Counted from the first letter of the whole stretch, positions 12,655 to 25,094 are shown. The stretch: DNA of 63,079 nt, filler included, from Corallochytrium limacisporum Hawaii (GCA_002811645.1; 3 parts of 3 records of this genome joined end to end with filler, not necessarily neighbours in it), one strand, 5' to 3'. Notes: generated from the letters alone by a model not told the origin. Program-made: numbers and translations.

Positions 12655-14877
12655 ATGTCGTTGATCAAGCTGATCCTGCTGGCCATGGTCAGTTCCGTGA
12701 TGGCAGAAATTCTGCCACCGGTGAAGTTAGGATGTGCTGTGTTTGCACCATGGTCCGGAGAGGACCCGATTGGCCTCAAAGTACTTATGGGGGCCGGTCT
12801 GCCGTACACAGTGTTTACCACGTACGACTTGAACGCTGTCCAGCTCACCGATGATGGTGGACGCGGACTGTACAGCTGTCTGATCACTGTGGACGGCCCG
12901 GGATATCCCACATGGTCCCAGAAAATTCGTGACTACCAAGACAAGTTTGGAGTCAGGCATGTGATCATGAACTCTGACCGCTTTGGCACGGCAAAGAGGG
13001 TTGAATCGGCCGCCGACCTCCTAAAGGTAGAGCCCGGTGAGAGCACTGATTTTCTCACTGGCATTGTACGTCTTGACAGTAACTGGCGTCGTCGAGACTT
13101 TGCTCTTCAAGTATACGAGGACACTGGTATTGGTACATACACAATACCCATTGTCAAGGATGGCGCAGGCCATACCGCGGTATTTGCGGATGAAAACACA
13201 CTACACATTGCTAGTGCGCTGAACGATGTCCAGCTTGCATCCCTGGCGCTCCAGCACCTTGCTCTGCAGTTCCTGCTGAAAGGCCATGGTACCGATGTCC
13301 CTTTGCTGGGCCACCGGAGGATACTCGTGGGGATGCAGGTGGACGACTTCTTCTCTCCACCGGCTGAGCACTTGGATCGCAGAGTCGACGTCCGTACCAT
13401 GGAGTGGTGGGTGGACTGGCTTGCTGATTTCAATATTAAGCACGGATCAGACGTAAAACCCGAGCTCTGTTTCAACGGTTCCGGCCTTGCCACCAAGGGT
13501 GCCAACGACCCAATGTACTTTGGCAAGTATAACTTTGGACAGCAGTATGATTACTCCAAGGCAGGAGAGAAAGAGAATGTCTACGATAACCTTTGGCCGG
13601 ACAAGTGGTGGGAGAATGAAAGGTTCTGGAGGCCCTGGATGGTTGGCAATGATGACTATGCCCAGGTTGCTAATGGGATCCGACAGAACCTCACGTGGAA
13701 GAACGCCTTCCTCTGGTTGTCACACACCATGACGCATGCAGACATGGGTGCGATCGGTCCGGACGACAGCTCTGTGGAACTGCAGTACAGTATGGAGTTC
13801 GGCAATGTGGTCCTGGGATTGGATGGGCATCCGAACTGGAGTCCTAACGGCGTGATCACAGGTATGTACTCCGGCTTGATGAACGGGGACTTCTTCGTAG
13901 CAATGGACCGCTTGGGCATGAATAACGCGATATCCGACAACTGTGAGCCCGCTCACACCTATACCACTGAGACCCGAGAGAAGTACCAACCGTGGTATGT
14001 CAACGAGGAAACGAATGGCTACGATGCCGATAAGCGCATCTGGCTTGTGCCCCGGTTCTGTACTGCTTGCGCCTGGGACGTGGCCACCTTCGACCAGAAT
14101 ATTGAGGCCTTCGAGTACAGTGGCACGATCGAGGACCTGTTCGAGGAGGAGTTAGACCGCCACGGTATGGCAATGATGTCTCTGCGACATGAAGGGTTCA
14201 TGTTCCATCAGGCAAACATGGTGGTTCTGGATCAATGGGAGCAGGAGCAGCATTCGCTCATGTCGTTGTGGACGGAGTTCGTAGTGGGTGGTGTCAGTGA
14301 ATACATGGCCATTCCGATGGTGAGCGAACCGCAGGATAGGGTTGCTGAACTGTTCAACCTCCGCGCTGACTACGCAGATTGCAGCCCTGAGGTCTACGTA
14401 CAGCGGGTGATCGGATCCTCAGGAGCGCCAAACTATATCGAAATCAAAACTGAGGGAGCATGTTCGATTGCTTTTGAGGTTCTGGACTCGGTGCCAGAGC
14501 AGACCTCAGGTCCTACTGCGACTGTGAGCAACGAAGGAAGATACACGTGGATCCATGTGACTAGCAGTGGCATCGTGACGTTCGGCACCGAAGGTGAGCA
14601 AACACCGACCACAACCACAAATCCCGAACCCACGGACAACGACCCGACCGATGAGCCAACTCCAGACCCTGAAGATCCGCCAGGCCCGGATCCCGAAGAT
14701 CCACCAGGTCCGGATCCCAACGCTCCGACAGAAACGAGTTCCACCGTTCCATCGACAGGCACTGATGAGGAAGTTGGCTTTGAGACAAGTAACATGGCCA
14801 ACGGACTGATGCCGTCCATCGGCAACGTAATGGTGTGTTGCGTAATCGCGCTGTCGCAGCTCTTCGGGCGGCGCTAA
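12655..14877 (+). CDS. Agd3-like (carbohydrate esterase family CE18-like) secreted polysaccharide deacetylase with Pro/Thr/Asp-rich stalk and probable GPI-anchor signal, 740 aa
   Basis: Hydrophobic N-terminal signal peptide; motifs GMQVDD, WLSHTMTH, GVITGMYSGLMNGD, LVPRF and FMFHQAN match the Agd3 family pattern; PDPEDPPG repeats; small-residue omega region plus hydrophobic C-terminus. Confidence 0.75.
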   Translation: MSLIKLILLAMVSSVMAEILPPVKLGCAVFAPWSGEDPIGLKVLMGAGLPYTVFTTYDLNAVQLTDDGGRGLYSCLITVDGPGYPTWSQKIRDYQDKFGVRHVIMNSDRFGTAKRVESAADLLKVEPGESTDFLTGIVRLDSNWRRRDFALQVYEDTGIGTYTIPIVKDGAGHTAVFADENTLHIASALNDVQLASLALQHLALQFLLKGHGTDVPLLGHRRILVGMQVDDFFSPPAEHLDRRVDVRTMEWWVDWLADFNIKHGSDVKPELCFNGSGLATKGANDPMYFGKYNFGQQYDYSKAGEKENVYDNLWPDKWWENERFWRPWMVGNDDYAQVANGIRQNLTWKNAFLWLSHTMTHADMGAIGPDDSSVELQYSMEFGNVVLGLDGHPNWSPNGVITGMYSGLMNGDFFVAMDRLGMNNAISDNCEPAHTYTTETREKYQPWYVNEETNGYDADKRIWLVPRFCTACAWDVATFDQNIEAFEYSGTIEDLFEEELDRHGMAMMSLRHEGFMFHQANMVVLDQWEQEQHSLMSLWTEFVVGGVSEYMAIPMVSEPQDRVAELFNLRADYADCSPEVYVQRVIGSSGAPNYIEIKTEGACSIAFEVLDSVPEQTSGPTATVSNEGRYTWIHVTSSGIVTFGTEGEQTPTTTTNPEPTDNDPTDEPTPDPEDPPGPDPEDPPGPDPNAPTETSSTVPSTGTDEEVGFETSNMANGLMPSIGNVMVCCVIALSQLFGRR
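14662..14719 (+). repeat. 24-nt coding tandem repeat (PDPEDPPG, about 2.4 units) in the stalk of the Agd3-like protein
   Basis: Translation PDPEDPPG-PDPEDPPG-PDP. Confidence 0.85.
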
Positions 14878-15833
14878 TCCCCCCTAGTTTCCGCGGGCGG
14901 TAAACAGAGAGCACGGTCAAACAAGGTGGCTGTGGAGGAAGAGCGGAACGGAAGGGAAGGGACAGGGCACCACACAGCAGGCTGATAGTGCCCACCCCTC
15001 CTCTTCCCTCCTGTGTACCACCACATTTTTTATTTTTGTGCAAAAATACAACAGAAAAACCCTTATACTTTTAAACAATTTTTCTCCATACACGAAAAAA
15101 TGTTAACCCTTTTTTTTCTTTTTTCTTTTTTGGCCTCTGATGAATGGGAGTCCATTTATCACAGAATGGATAGCGCGGCGGGTGCGCTGCGCAGCCCGAA
15201 GGGGTACCCCAGCCCGCCCGCCCGCCCGCGCTCCCCCCCGTCCTGGCTTCCTTCGTACTTTGAATTGAATACATAACATACGTATCAGTTTTTAGAACTA
15301 TTTTGAATATCTCGTTTTCTCTTGTGGTTTGTTATCTTCTTCTCCCCCTTCCCTTCCCCTCCCCCATTTATATTTTTTACTTTTTCATCTTTTCATTTTT
15401 ACATTGTTTTCTTTTGTTTTCTATTTCGTTAGAAATGTTTTATCGCCGTGGCTGTCAAAATATCCCTGGGTCCACCTTCCCAAAATGCTGCCCCTCTGTG
15501 TCCCCCGCCCCGCGATCATTTTACAGACCGGCAAAGCTTACGCGCAATGCGCGGCCTATCTGTCCCCTCCCCTTTTCTTAACTCCTCCTGCCCAGCACCA
15601 ACTAAAAACCCCGGAACCAAAAACACACCACCCAAACTTTGAACACACACACACGCAGAGACTAGCCAGCCAGCCAAGCCAGCGAGAATCAAAAAGATAG
15701 GTACCACCGACCCCATCGGCCCGGCCCAACCATGGCAGTTACCGCCTTCAGCTGGGCCGCTAGAGCCCCAAAACAAAAACATAGGGTCTCTGTTGTGTGC
15801 AGGCCCGACGGCCCGGGCTGGTAGGCATGCAAC

Positions 15834-15834
15834 C

Positions 15835-15875
<41 letters not shown>
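15834..15875. repeat. (CTGT)n microsatellite
   Basis: About 10 units read directly. Confidence 0.95.
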
Positions 15876-16202
15876 CGCTCTCCTTGTCAATTTTCGCCCA
15901 TCTCGCTTCACCCCCAAAGCTCCCCATTTCCAAAACGGGGGCCGGGTATTTACGTCCTGGGCACCAGGACTATAGAAAAAGGGAGGGGGGTGGGTTGGTT
16001 GGATGGTTTCGAAGTATTTTATAGCAAAAGACTTTAGTACCTGTGGGCACCCAGAAGCTTTACTTAAACCAAATGGGGGAGTTTATATAGCCAATGTACT
16101 TGCTGTTCTGCTCCAAGTACAGGGGAGCTGACTACCTTTGAGGGGAAGTGGACGATTTCTTCGCTCACCCGCGAGGCAGGCAGGGAGAGAGGGAGATAGC
16201 GG

Positions 16203-16343
<141 letters not shown>

Positions 16344-16619
16344 GGAAGGAGAGCGCCTCGATAGCCAATTGGCCACCGCTCCAGTCCCAGGGCTCTGGTG
16401 TGTGTGTGACACCACTCGCCTGTGGGCCCAAAAAGCCAGTTGGCACCGGGACGGGCCCACCCAAAAAAGGACCCCTTTGTACGCGTCGCCTGGAACGTGT
16501 ATCTTGGAAATGTCGTGCATAGATAGCAAAATCTGATCTTATTTCGAGCGTGGCCAAAGGCATCATGCATGTGGTCCCCAGTTGGTCTCTCTGACGTACC
16601 ATTTTGAAGGGCGTTGGTC

Positions 16620-16900
16620 AGCTTTAGAACATGGCATACCTTTCGTTACCGTATGTTTTCATATGCAGACTGCGATTCTGGGGGAAGCTGTCGGTCTTAG
16701 TAACTCTTTGCAGCTTTGAACATAGTCGATGGGGAGTGAAGGATGACGTTTACTGAACATTTTTTTGAATGTACGTAAACCTGCTAAACCAACACCAGAG
16801 GACCCGTTGGAACGGGGCCACTGGACAATTTCTGCATTGAAGGAGGATGTGATACTAACATAGCCACATGTTCTTCTAACGAACGTAGAGAGATAGAAGG
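16620..16900 (-). mobile_element. Possible small LINE RT N-terminal relic
   Basis: MQKLSSGPVPTGP (cf. L..GKAPGPDG) followed about 90 nt later by MFKA...QLPPESQSA (cf. LF...G.LP..W..A). Confidence 0.25.
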
Positions 16901-18493
16901 AGCAGGCACTGATAGATTTCCGAGCCCATGTTGTCCAGAATCTACTACCTAGAGAAAGCACGGACATGGTACCGTCTATAGTGGCTTGCAAGAAAACGAC
17001 CTCCTTATCCCTAAATATTTCAGCCAGGATATGCCCGCTAGAGGTATTTCTCCAACCTTCCACAAACCATGGGCTACCTTTATCATCGACTGATGATGTC
17101 GGGCGCATAACTGAAGTGTGTTTGGGGCCCAGATCGACAGCTTGTTTAAGAGGCTAATTTCACAAGCACACCCACACATACACACACACACACAGAGGCA
17201 GGCCGACAGACAGCCTGACAGCACAGAGAGAGAGAGCGAGAGCCATAGAGAGAAACTGAAACACCACCAGACACAAAACTGAAACACACGCACACGTATC
17301 AACATCTTACGAGTACTCCAGAAGGGTGCGGTGACAGACCACACCAAAAAGGGGAATGTTTAGAACACGCAATGCTGTCACCCAACTGCTGTAGAGCGGG
17401 CTAGCAATGCTATGTATTTTGTATTGAAGTAGATTTTCCTGTTTTTTACTTAATTGTCTATCAAAACTTTGTCATTTTGCCTTTTTTGTGCACGGGCCGA
17501 AGCGTTCGACGTTTGTAGGCAGTGAACGGAGGAGATAGTTCGCACGGGCACCAAATAGACCCGCTTGGGAGAAGAGGGAGGGGGGGGCTCTAGGAGAGAA
17601 GAATGCCTGTGCACCAGCTCTCCACTTCGCTCTGGAGAAAAGCGAGAGTGAGTTCAAAAGGGGGGAGGGGGGGGGGGTTTCCACCGTTCGGTGCCCTGCA
17701 GGGCTTCGTTTCAATTGTGCAGAGATGTGCCGCCTTAAGCGCACGGAGGAGAAGACCGCGTTCTTATGGAATGCGGAACTAGACGATGGTGGAACGCAGG
17801 ATCTGAAAGCCAAACAAACAACACAGGGCAAAGCAAACGCCAGCAAGGGGAACGGTATCTAGGACCAACCGATCCGGTTAATATTACAATTATAGGCAAG
17901 ATAGTCACGCAAGATTTAGAAACAGATCTTAAAAACAGTCAACCGCCGACTCGAAGAAGCAATGGGAGGGAAATAGAGGTTTCATCGGGTTATTTCATAG
18001 TTGGTTCACTTTGTTATCTTCGTTGTTGTATGTATGCGGGTTGTTGCGCACACGAAGCGGGTAGCAGCTCCAGCGTATGAACACATGAGGAGTGTGTCCC
18101 CCCTTTTCTAACCGGACTGTCATTACGGTATCGAAGCATGGGTACGATTGTTTCACCAAAGGAGTGGAAACAGGATGGCAAGTAATTGAGTACATGGTGT
18201 GAGAGCATGACCTTTTTATTCCTGGGCCCCATTCTGTTGGTTTAGAACAAGGTCATCCAAAGTGGAGACTCCTCGGTGACGGAACCGGGGAGAAAAGCTG
18301 CCGGGTTTTGTGGAACGTACAAAATCCTGACCCAACCAACGAAAACATCGAACCCAACGCATCTCCCAGACCACAACAGCCGTGCCCCTTCACCGCTTCA
18401 ACGAACCCTTTTCCGGTTAAAGCCACTCCCCGAAGACAAAGGGGACGACGAGCGTACAGACGGTCAGGCAGATGGCTGGCGCGCACACACGCA

Positions 18494-18496
<3 letters not shown>

Positions 18497-18534
<38 letters not shown>

Positions 18535-18554
18535 GAAGAGAGAGAGAGAGAGAG
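18497..18554. repeat. (GA)n microsatellite at contig end
   Basis: Read directly; abuts the linker and probably explains the assembly break. Confidence 0.9.
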
Positions 18555-18654
18555 NNNNNNNNNNNNNNNNNNNNNNNNNNNNNNNNNNNNNNNNNNNNTT
18601 AATTAATTAANNNNNNNNNNNNNNNNNNNNNNNNNNNNNNNNNNNNNNNNNNNN
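18555..18654. other. Artificial contig linker N44-TTAATTAATTAA-N44 (stops in all six frames)
   Basis: Palindromic six-frame stop spacer embedded in Ns, 100 nt total; identical to 46311-46410. Confidence 0.97.
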
Positions 18655-19515
18655 GGGGGGGGGAGGGAGGGAGTGGACACCGCCTCCCCCAGACACATGT
18701 CATTCGCCACGCCCTCCCGGACCTTTACTTTCCTAAGCGCGATAAGGCGATGTTTTGTTTGCCATAGTGCCTGCCCACTGCGGCAAAGTGACTCACAGGA
18801 CCAGGGGTGGGTGGCCTTGTTCATTTCCTTTTTCTCTTACGTTCTTTTGCGCCGGCGCGAATATGTGTCGGGTTTTGCCTTGGTTAACTGAAGAAGAACC
18901 TTGCCGGTGGTGTTCACGGTCGTCGTTTCAGTGCATAGTACTGCACTTGCCCTTTGGACAAAGAAAAACTTGGTTGGGTGGGCGGGCGATTTCTTTTTTT
19001 TACACGTTGTCCCTGTCGCGGGCTCTCCCCCCCAAAGAGAAAGCCAAAAACGCGGAGTGGTGCACCCCCCTCCCGGTTCATGTCTCGATCAATAATTTCA
19101 CGTGTGCGACTCCCAAGGACAAGTTAATCAATAATTGTGCTGTTGGGCCCAGTTGGCCGCTTGAGTAGTAAATGTACCAGATTGCCAGGGCGCAGAGACC
19201 CGCATGCGTCCCTCGCGGGTGGGGGGTGGCTGGGTGGGATGGTCACAGGGGCCTTTGTCTGAGTAACGAGTAACTGAACGAGGTTGGTATGCGTACATGT
19301 TGCAGGGCTTTAGGAAGCCTATTAGTCTCAAAGTTTCCTAATAAGCCGCAGTGTGAACGCAAGTATAACCTTTTTGAGATCAGCAGAAGCCTATCTGGAG
19401 CGAATGGTTGTTTTCTAGGTACGTTCGAAACGAGGTCACGCCAACTTGGTTATTAGCGTGCACAATGGCCCGGTGAAGGTTAATTCAGACATAAAAACTT
19501 ACATATCAGACAAAC

Positions 19516-21748
19516 ATGGCGCGCAAAAGTGGGAGAAACAGGTCCACTCGTGACGAGGAACTTGCTCAGGATGAGATTGATCTCCATATGCAACGTCGTC
19601 GCAAAGACATGGGCGACTCTGAGGACGAGGAAGAACAATATAACGACGATATGGAGTTTGGGGATCCCGTTCTTGACATAAATGGAGCCAATGATAGTAG
19701 CGATGATGATGACGACGTCGAAGATACAGCGTCTGAAGATGACTACGAAGATGCTGGCTACGACGAGGATGAAGGTAGCATGCCGACCAAGAAATCCAGA
19801 GCACGCCGGAAACACCGGGAAGACGAGGACGATGATGACGATGACAACAATGACGAAGACGAAGACGAAGACGCGGAAGGAACTTTCGGCGCTGCCCTGG
19901 ACAAGGGATGGGGTAAATCTAAAGAAGCCTACTATGGAGGCACAGACTCAGAGTCCGGTGAGGAAGACGACGAGAACTTGGAATTAGAACAGGCAGAGGA
20001 GCTGGAAAGGCAGCAACTCGAAGGTCTGGACGACGACGATTTTGGTCTGGAGGACATGGAGGAGGAGACTTCTAACAGGAAAAAGAAGTCCAAGGCATCA
20101 AAAGCGAAGTCAGATGATAGTGTTCTGAACATCCAAAAGGATCTCTCCGCGCTGGATGAGGAAGAGGTCCTGAACCTTATTGTTCAGGAATCGCCAGAAT
20201 TCTTGGGCCTGCTGGATGAGTTGAAGCAGGGCATTGAAACAGTGCGCACTCAACTGCAGCCTGTTAAGGACCGTCTCCGCAAGGAAAAACCACAAATTCA
20301 GAAGGGACTGACCCTCCTGGACGCAAAATACCATTTACTGCTCATGTATTGTATGGACATCGTCTTCTACATGACACTGAAGGCAGAAGGCAAAAGTGTA
20401 AAGGTAAGTAAGATGTGAAAACTGGGTGGCTTGATTATGATGGAAAAGGTAGCTGTGATCACAATGATGTTAATGTTCAATCCGTGTTTCACATGATCAA
20501 CCTTGATTATACCCTTTTGAACCCTGAGAGAACACGCTACGCCCATTCTCGAACCCCCCACAGTTACTGTTATTGTTCCTAGACTTCGACACAGTCAACT
20601 AACATACTATTTCTCTTCTTTTGAATCACCCCTTTCCATATCAACAGAATCATCCAGTGATCAGTCACCTGGTGGAAGTGCGCACCGCTCTCGAGAAGAC
20701 GAGGCCGCTTGATGACAAGATCAAGTACTTGGTGAACAGGCTGCTCAACGCAGACAGCAGGAAGATAGCCCAGATCAGTGCCTCTATGCTGCGTCCCAAT
20801 CCCGACGCTCTGGTTGCAAAAGACCGTGCCGATTTCGAGGATGGCGAGATAGAAGAGGAGGCCACATACCGACCGCCCAAGCTGGCTGCTGTGCAGTTCG
20901 AGGACACGGGCAAGGATGCAGCAAAGCGCCGCGAGGAACAACGCCGTCGCCTCAATATGCGCTCCGATGTGCTGCGTGATGTTCAGGAAGAGTTCGATGA
21001 GGCTCCGAAAGAGATCACCACTTCCACTCTGTACCAAGGCGAGCGGGAGAGCGAAGACGAGGACGAGCGTGAGCATCGTCGCCGGTATGAAGAGGAGAAT
21101 TTCACCCGCATTACACTGCCCAAGAAGAAGACCACCGCTAAGAAACGCAATGCAGACGACCTGCAGACTTTGGCAGACTTTGGCGGCCTCGGTGAGCTCG
21201 GTCGTGACAACGAGGATGAGGATGACATCACCACTGCACTGCTAAAGAAGAAGAGCATGAAGGACATCATGCGTGGCGATGACTCGGACGATGATGTCAA
21301 TTTGCTGCCCAAGGGGAAGAAGCGGACGCTCGAGAAGCAGCGTCGTCATCAGGCCACTTTCGCGGATGAGGATGAAGGTGACGGTGATGACTACGACAGC
21401 GACAATGAGTACTACGACATGATCAAGTCCACAAAGGCTAAGCGAAAGCAGAGCCGCGAAGATTCCTACGCCACCAAGTTCCAAGGTCACCTGGAAGGTT
21501 CCGATGAGGAAGCTGCTGATGGCAAGCGTGAAATCTCATACCAAATGGAGAAGAACAAGGGTCTCACCCCGAGTCGCAAGAAGGAACTCAAGAATCCTCG
21601 TGTCAAGCACCGCAGGAAGTTCGAAAAGGCTAAGGTGCGCCGTAAATCTCAGGTCAAGTCGGTGCGTGGTGAGAAGCAGCGCTACTCTGGAGAGGCCAGC
21701 GGTATTCGCACGAATATTGCTCGCAGTGTGAAGTTTGGACGGTCTTGA
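19516..21748 (+). CDS. UTP3: Sas10/Utp3 SSU processome component; join(19516..20403,20648..21748), 662 aa
   Basis: Acidic N-terminus, WGKSKEAYYG, ESPEF motif, KYHLLLMYC...FYM..KA, HPVI, C-terminal KNKGLTP.RKK..KNPRVK.R.KF and YSGE.SGI. Phase-0 intron 20404-20647 (GTAAGT...CTAAC...CAG) joins the two ORFs in frame. Confidence 0.93.
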
Positions 21749-22136
21749 AAAAGGTGGCGCATGCGCGGCGATAATTTTAAAAAATAAGACAGAAAGTCAC
21801 ATAGAGTATATTTTTTGCATTAGTTTTGGAACTCATTGACTGTTGACTCCCGCGCCATATTACGTGGAGATAGTACGCGTATTGATCGGTGGGAGGGAAA
21901 GGGAAGGCAGGGTGTGAGACCGGACGATTTCGAAGGCCGCGATGAGTGAAGAAAATGGGCTAGAAAGCTACTTGTCGTTGCTTCACGTAATGTCAGACAA
22001 TGTGAACAACGAACGATGACATACGAATTTCGTAGAGTTGTCTGATCAAGGGAAGAAACCATGAGAGTGTGGGTAGGGATATTGCATTGGGCTGGATAGA
22101 CTGCGCGGTTCAGAGTCAAATTAATTGAAAGGAAAC

Positions 22137-23507
22137 ATGATTTGGGACTCCTTGCTAGTGCTAAGCCTACAAGCAGTTACATTCACCGTAGGATACCTAT
22201 ACTTTGACAGAAGTTTGTTCAAGCTCTACAGTCCACAATATTGGATCTCAATATGCTTTACATTGAATTTTGTGCTCAGCTGCACCATGTTTGGGCTGGT
22301 TATCATGGAGGTGGTGGGCTTGCTGAGCTATGAGAGTAGACTGTTCTGGTGGCAAGCTACACTCAGCATAATCCTTTTCATGCTTGTGGCTGTCCTGCCA
22401 CTCGCGACATCATACCTGGTGGTCCATTCAACACAATTGATCGCAAAGCGCAGAAACGAAGTGTTTGCTACCTTTGTGTCCTGGTTGATCTATCTCTATA
22501 CCATTTGGACGCTGGGCAATCCGTTTCCTTTGACCAGCAAGAGTGGATTATTGAACTCAGAGGCCATCATTGGACGTGTTGGTATCATCGGGGTGACGAT
22601 CATTGCTTCTCTGTCTGGGTTCGGTGCGGTTAACGGACCGTATAACTACCTCAACATGTTCCTACGCCATGTCACCGAACAGGACATCGAATACCTTGAA
22701 CGACAGCTGAAGAAGTGCCTTGAAAAGATTGTGTTGAAAAAGAAGAGGGCAGCGTGGTCACAACGTGAAAATCGGCGCAAAGGTACTGAACCAAATGGCG
22801 GATGGGCTGCTCTCCAGGGCTTTCTGAGCAATGTCTACAACGCGGTGGCAGGCGACAGCGCCAGCGATCTGTCGAAAGAAATCGGCTTGGACGAGGAAAT
22901 GGGTAGGATCATTTTCATGGAATTGGATGAGGCCCACCGAGAACGGGAGCGCCTACTGTTCTCTCAGACCCTGCTTGGACGATGGTACAATCTATTAGGC
23001 TATATCTTCAGTATCTACTGTGTGTACAAGATCGTAATGTGCACCATCAACATCATCTTCGATCGGTTGGGCAAGATGGATCCTGTAACCATGACTTTGG
23101 ACATCGCGGTACGATACCTTGGCATTGATGTCGATGTGGAGGCAGTGTCGCAGCTGATCTCCTTTTTCATGGTCGGAGTCATCATGGTTACCTCCATCCG
23201 TGGTCTGATCATTCAAATTCGACGCTTCTTCACTGCTGTAAGTAGTCCACTGGCACACGACATCTTGGTCCTGCTCTTCGCCCAGCTCATGTGTTTCTAC
23301 TTTGTGTCTTCTGTGCTCCTGCTGCGCATGAGCATTCCAAAAGCATATCGCGACATCATCACAATGGTGCTCGGAGACATACAGTTCGATTTCTACCATC
23401 GATGGTTTGATGTCATCTTTTTGGTGAGCTCGGTACTCTCGCTGGCACTGCATTACGCATCTCATCAAAGGGCGCTGTTGAAACAGAGAATCGAAGTGTA
23501 TCGGTGA
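22137..23507 (+). CDS. GPR89: Golgi pH regulator / GPR89 family multi-pass membrane protein
   Basis: Motifs LSC.MF.L.I.E, GRVGIIGVT..A.LSGFGAVN.PY, YCVYK, DPVT, YFVSSVLLLRMS.P..YR, FYHRWFDVIFLVS; first ATG at 22137; intronless. Confidence 0.95.
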   Translation: MIWDSLLVLSLQAVTFTVGYLYFDRSLFKLYSPQYWISICFTLNFVLSCTMFGLVIMEVVGLLSYESRLFWWQATLSIILFMLVAVLPLATSYLVVHSTQLIAKRRNEVFATFVSWLIYLYTIWTLGNPFPLTSKSGLLNSEAIIGRVGIIGVTIIASLSGFGAVNGPYNYLNMFLRHVTEQDIEYLERQLKKCLEKIVLKKKRAAWSQRENRRKGTEPNGGWAALQGFLSNVYNAVAGDSASDLSKEIGLDEEMGRIIFMELDEAHRERERLLFSQTLLGRWYNLLGYIFSIYCVYKIVMCTINIIFDRLGKMDPVTMTLDIAVRYLGIDVDVEAVSQLISFFMVGVIMVTSIRGLIIQIRRFFTAVSSPLAHDILVLLFAQLMCFYFVSSVLLLRMSIPKAYRDIITMVLGDIQFDFYHRWFDVIFLVSSVLSLALHYASHQRALLKQRIEVYR

Positions 23508-23619
23508 TAAAAGCTGCAGTTCCCCTCAAAAAGTATTTCATATCCGACTTCATATTTATTTTGGAAAGATTCGTATGTTAGCTAGTAGAGGTCAAAACCT
23601 GGTTGTTTAGTTCCCTCAT

Positions 23620-24126
23620 TTACAGCATGGCAGCGGCAATAGTGGTTACAGCAGTAATTCCAAGGACCAGATAACCGCTAGAGTAAACTCCCGGCAGATT
23701 GACACCGTGTCCGCTGTCCCACCACATGTGACGCATACCATTGAAAGAGTGGTACATAAAAGGAGCAGCCAGAGTCGCCTTGAGAGCAAAAGCGGAACCA
23801 GCACCCATGCTGCCACCGAGCTCAGCAATGTAGTACGCAAGGTTGTGATCCGAGAAAGGTAGACCTAGAGCCATTGCAGAGCAAGCCACGGCCATTCCGG
23901 CACCGGAAAGACGGTGCGTAATGGAGAGCATTGAAGTGACCTGTGGAGAGTAGATGGTCAAATGGGGGCTCATTGGGCGTCCCAGCTTTTCGTTCTTCTC
24001 AAAGAAAGGCTTGTTGTAGATATCGTGCTGGCTCTGTGTTGCGGCAGCGCGGAAGAACTGCATAGCAGTGCGTTGGGTGCCGGCCCGTGCCAGCCCACTA
24101 GTCTGCAGACGAGTGATAAGGCCCAT
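23620..24126 (-). CDS. SDHC: Succinate dehydrogenase cytochrome b560 (large membrane anchor) subunit
   Basis: N..LGRPMSPHLTIY.PQ, SITHR.SG, YHSFNGMRH..WD; N-terminal mitochondrial presequence-like region. Confidence 0.96.
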   Translation of the reverse strand: MGLITRLQTSGLARAGTQRTAMQFFRAAATQSQHDIYNKPFFEKNEKLGRPMSPHLTIYSPQVTSMLSITHRLSGAGMAVACSAMALGLPFSDHNLAYYIAELGGSMGAGSAFALKATLAAPFMYHSFNGMRHMWWDSGHGVNLPGVYSSGYLVLGITAVTTIAAAML

Positions 24127-25094
24127 GGTTACAATCTCCTTGACCCGAATAAACCTGAGACCTATAAGTTCACAAGCGTAGTCCTTCGTCCCACGTTCCT
24201 AATAATTTAAATGACGTTGAATTGAACTACCTGATTAAGGATAATTGATAACAGTCGTGCCAATTGAGTCAGTTTTTATTGCCTAAGTTACCCCTTAGCC
24301 CTTAATATCGTCTCGTCTGTTGGAACAGGAAGCTTCACTGGCCTTTTGCCCTCGACGGAGCTCCCATAGCCAGCAGTACAAAAATAGGGATGCTCTGGCC
24401 ACAGGCGCTCACACCAGGGGGGATTCGGCAGGCTGGGGGGTTGGCTGTGGTGCTGACACAAGAGCGAGCAGGCGGGCAGGTACACACCACGAAGTGACCT
24501 CGCTCCCTGCGGAGCACACACACACACACTCACACACAGAGCCGCAGCGAGGGCTCCCCTTTCCTCTCGAGGGGGTTTTAGAGCTCCGGTCGCCAAACGC
24601 ACGGAATTTTTCGCCGCCCGGGACGGGAAGACCGTTGCACAATGCCCGGCGACATAAACAAAACTCGTGCAGAACCAACCCCCCCCCCCCCCCCGGGGGT
24701 CTTCTCATCTTCCCTTCCCTTCCGGGGGGGGGGGTTTGCTGGTTGTGAGAGTGTGTGGTTGGTGCTTTCTTACCTTTGTGCTTTGCGCTGGCGGTCCCTC
24801 TACCACTCACTCCCCCACCCCTCGACAGTCTCGGCCGAGGGAGGTGCGGCTGTCCGGCTTGGGCTCCTGCCGGTGAACTGGTCCCTCTCTTTTTCTTACT
24901 CGCCTTCGCATGTGATGATGTGCCAGGGTGGAGAGAGTACGCCACCAGGGACCTGCCAGCCGTTGTTTGCGTGGACGACCCCAGGCTTGGACGTCCATAA
25001 GTTTCTGCTCGTGATTGTGTTGGAGCAGCGTGCTAGTGGCTTTTACTTTTGGCCACCCCATAGATGACTACATGCACCGTAGCTGCATTCAGGG

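Noticed and set aside
18599-18610. Palindrome TTAATTAATTAA within Ns (also 46355-46366)
   Set aside because: Artificial six-frame stop linker, not biology; it also rules out any gene-cluster claim across contigs, e.g. linking the VASt and DGK-LNS2 lipid genes.
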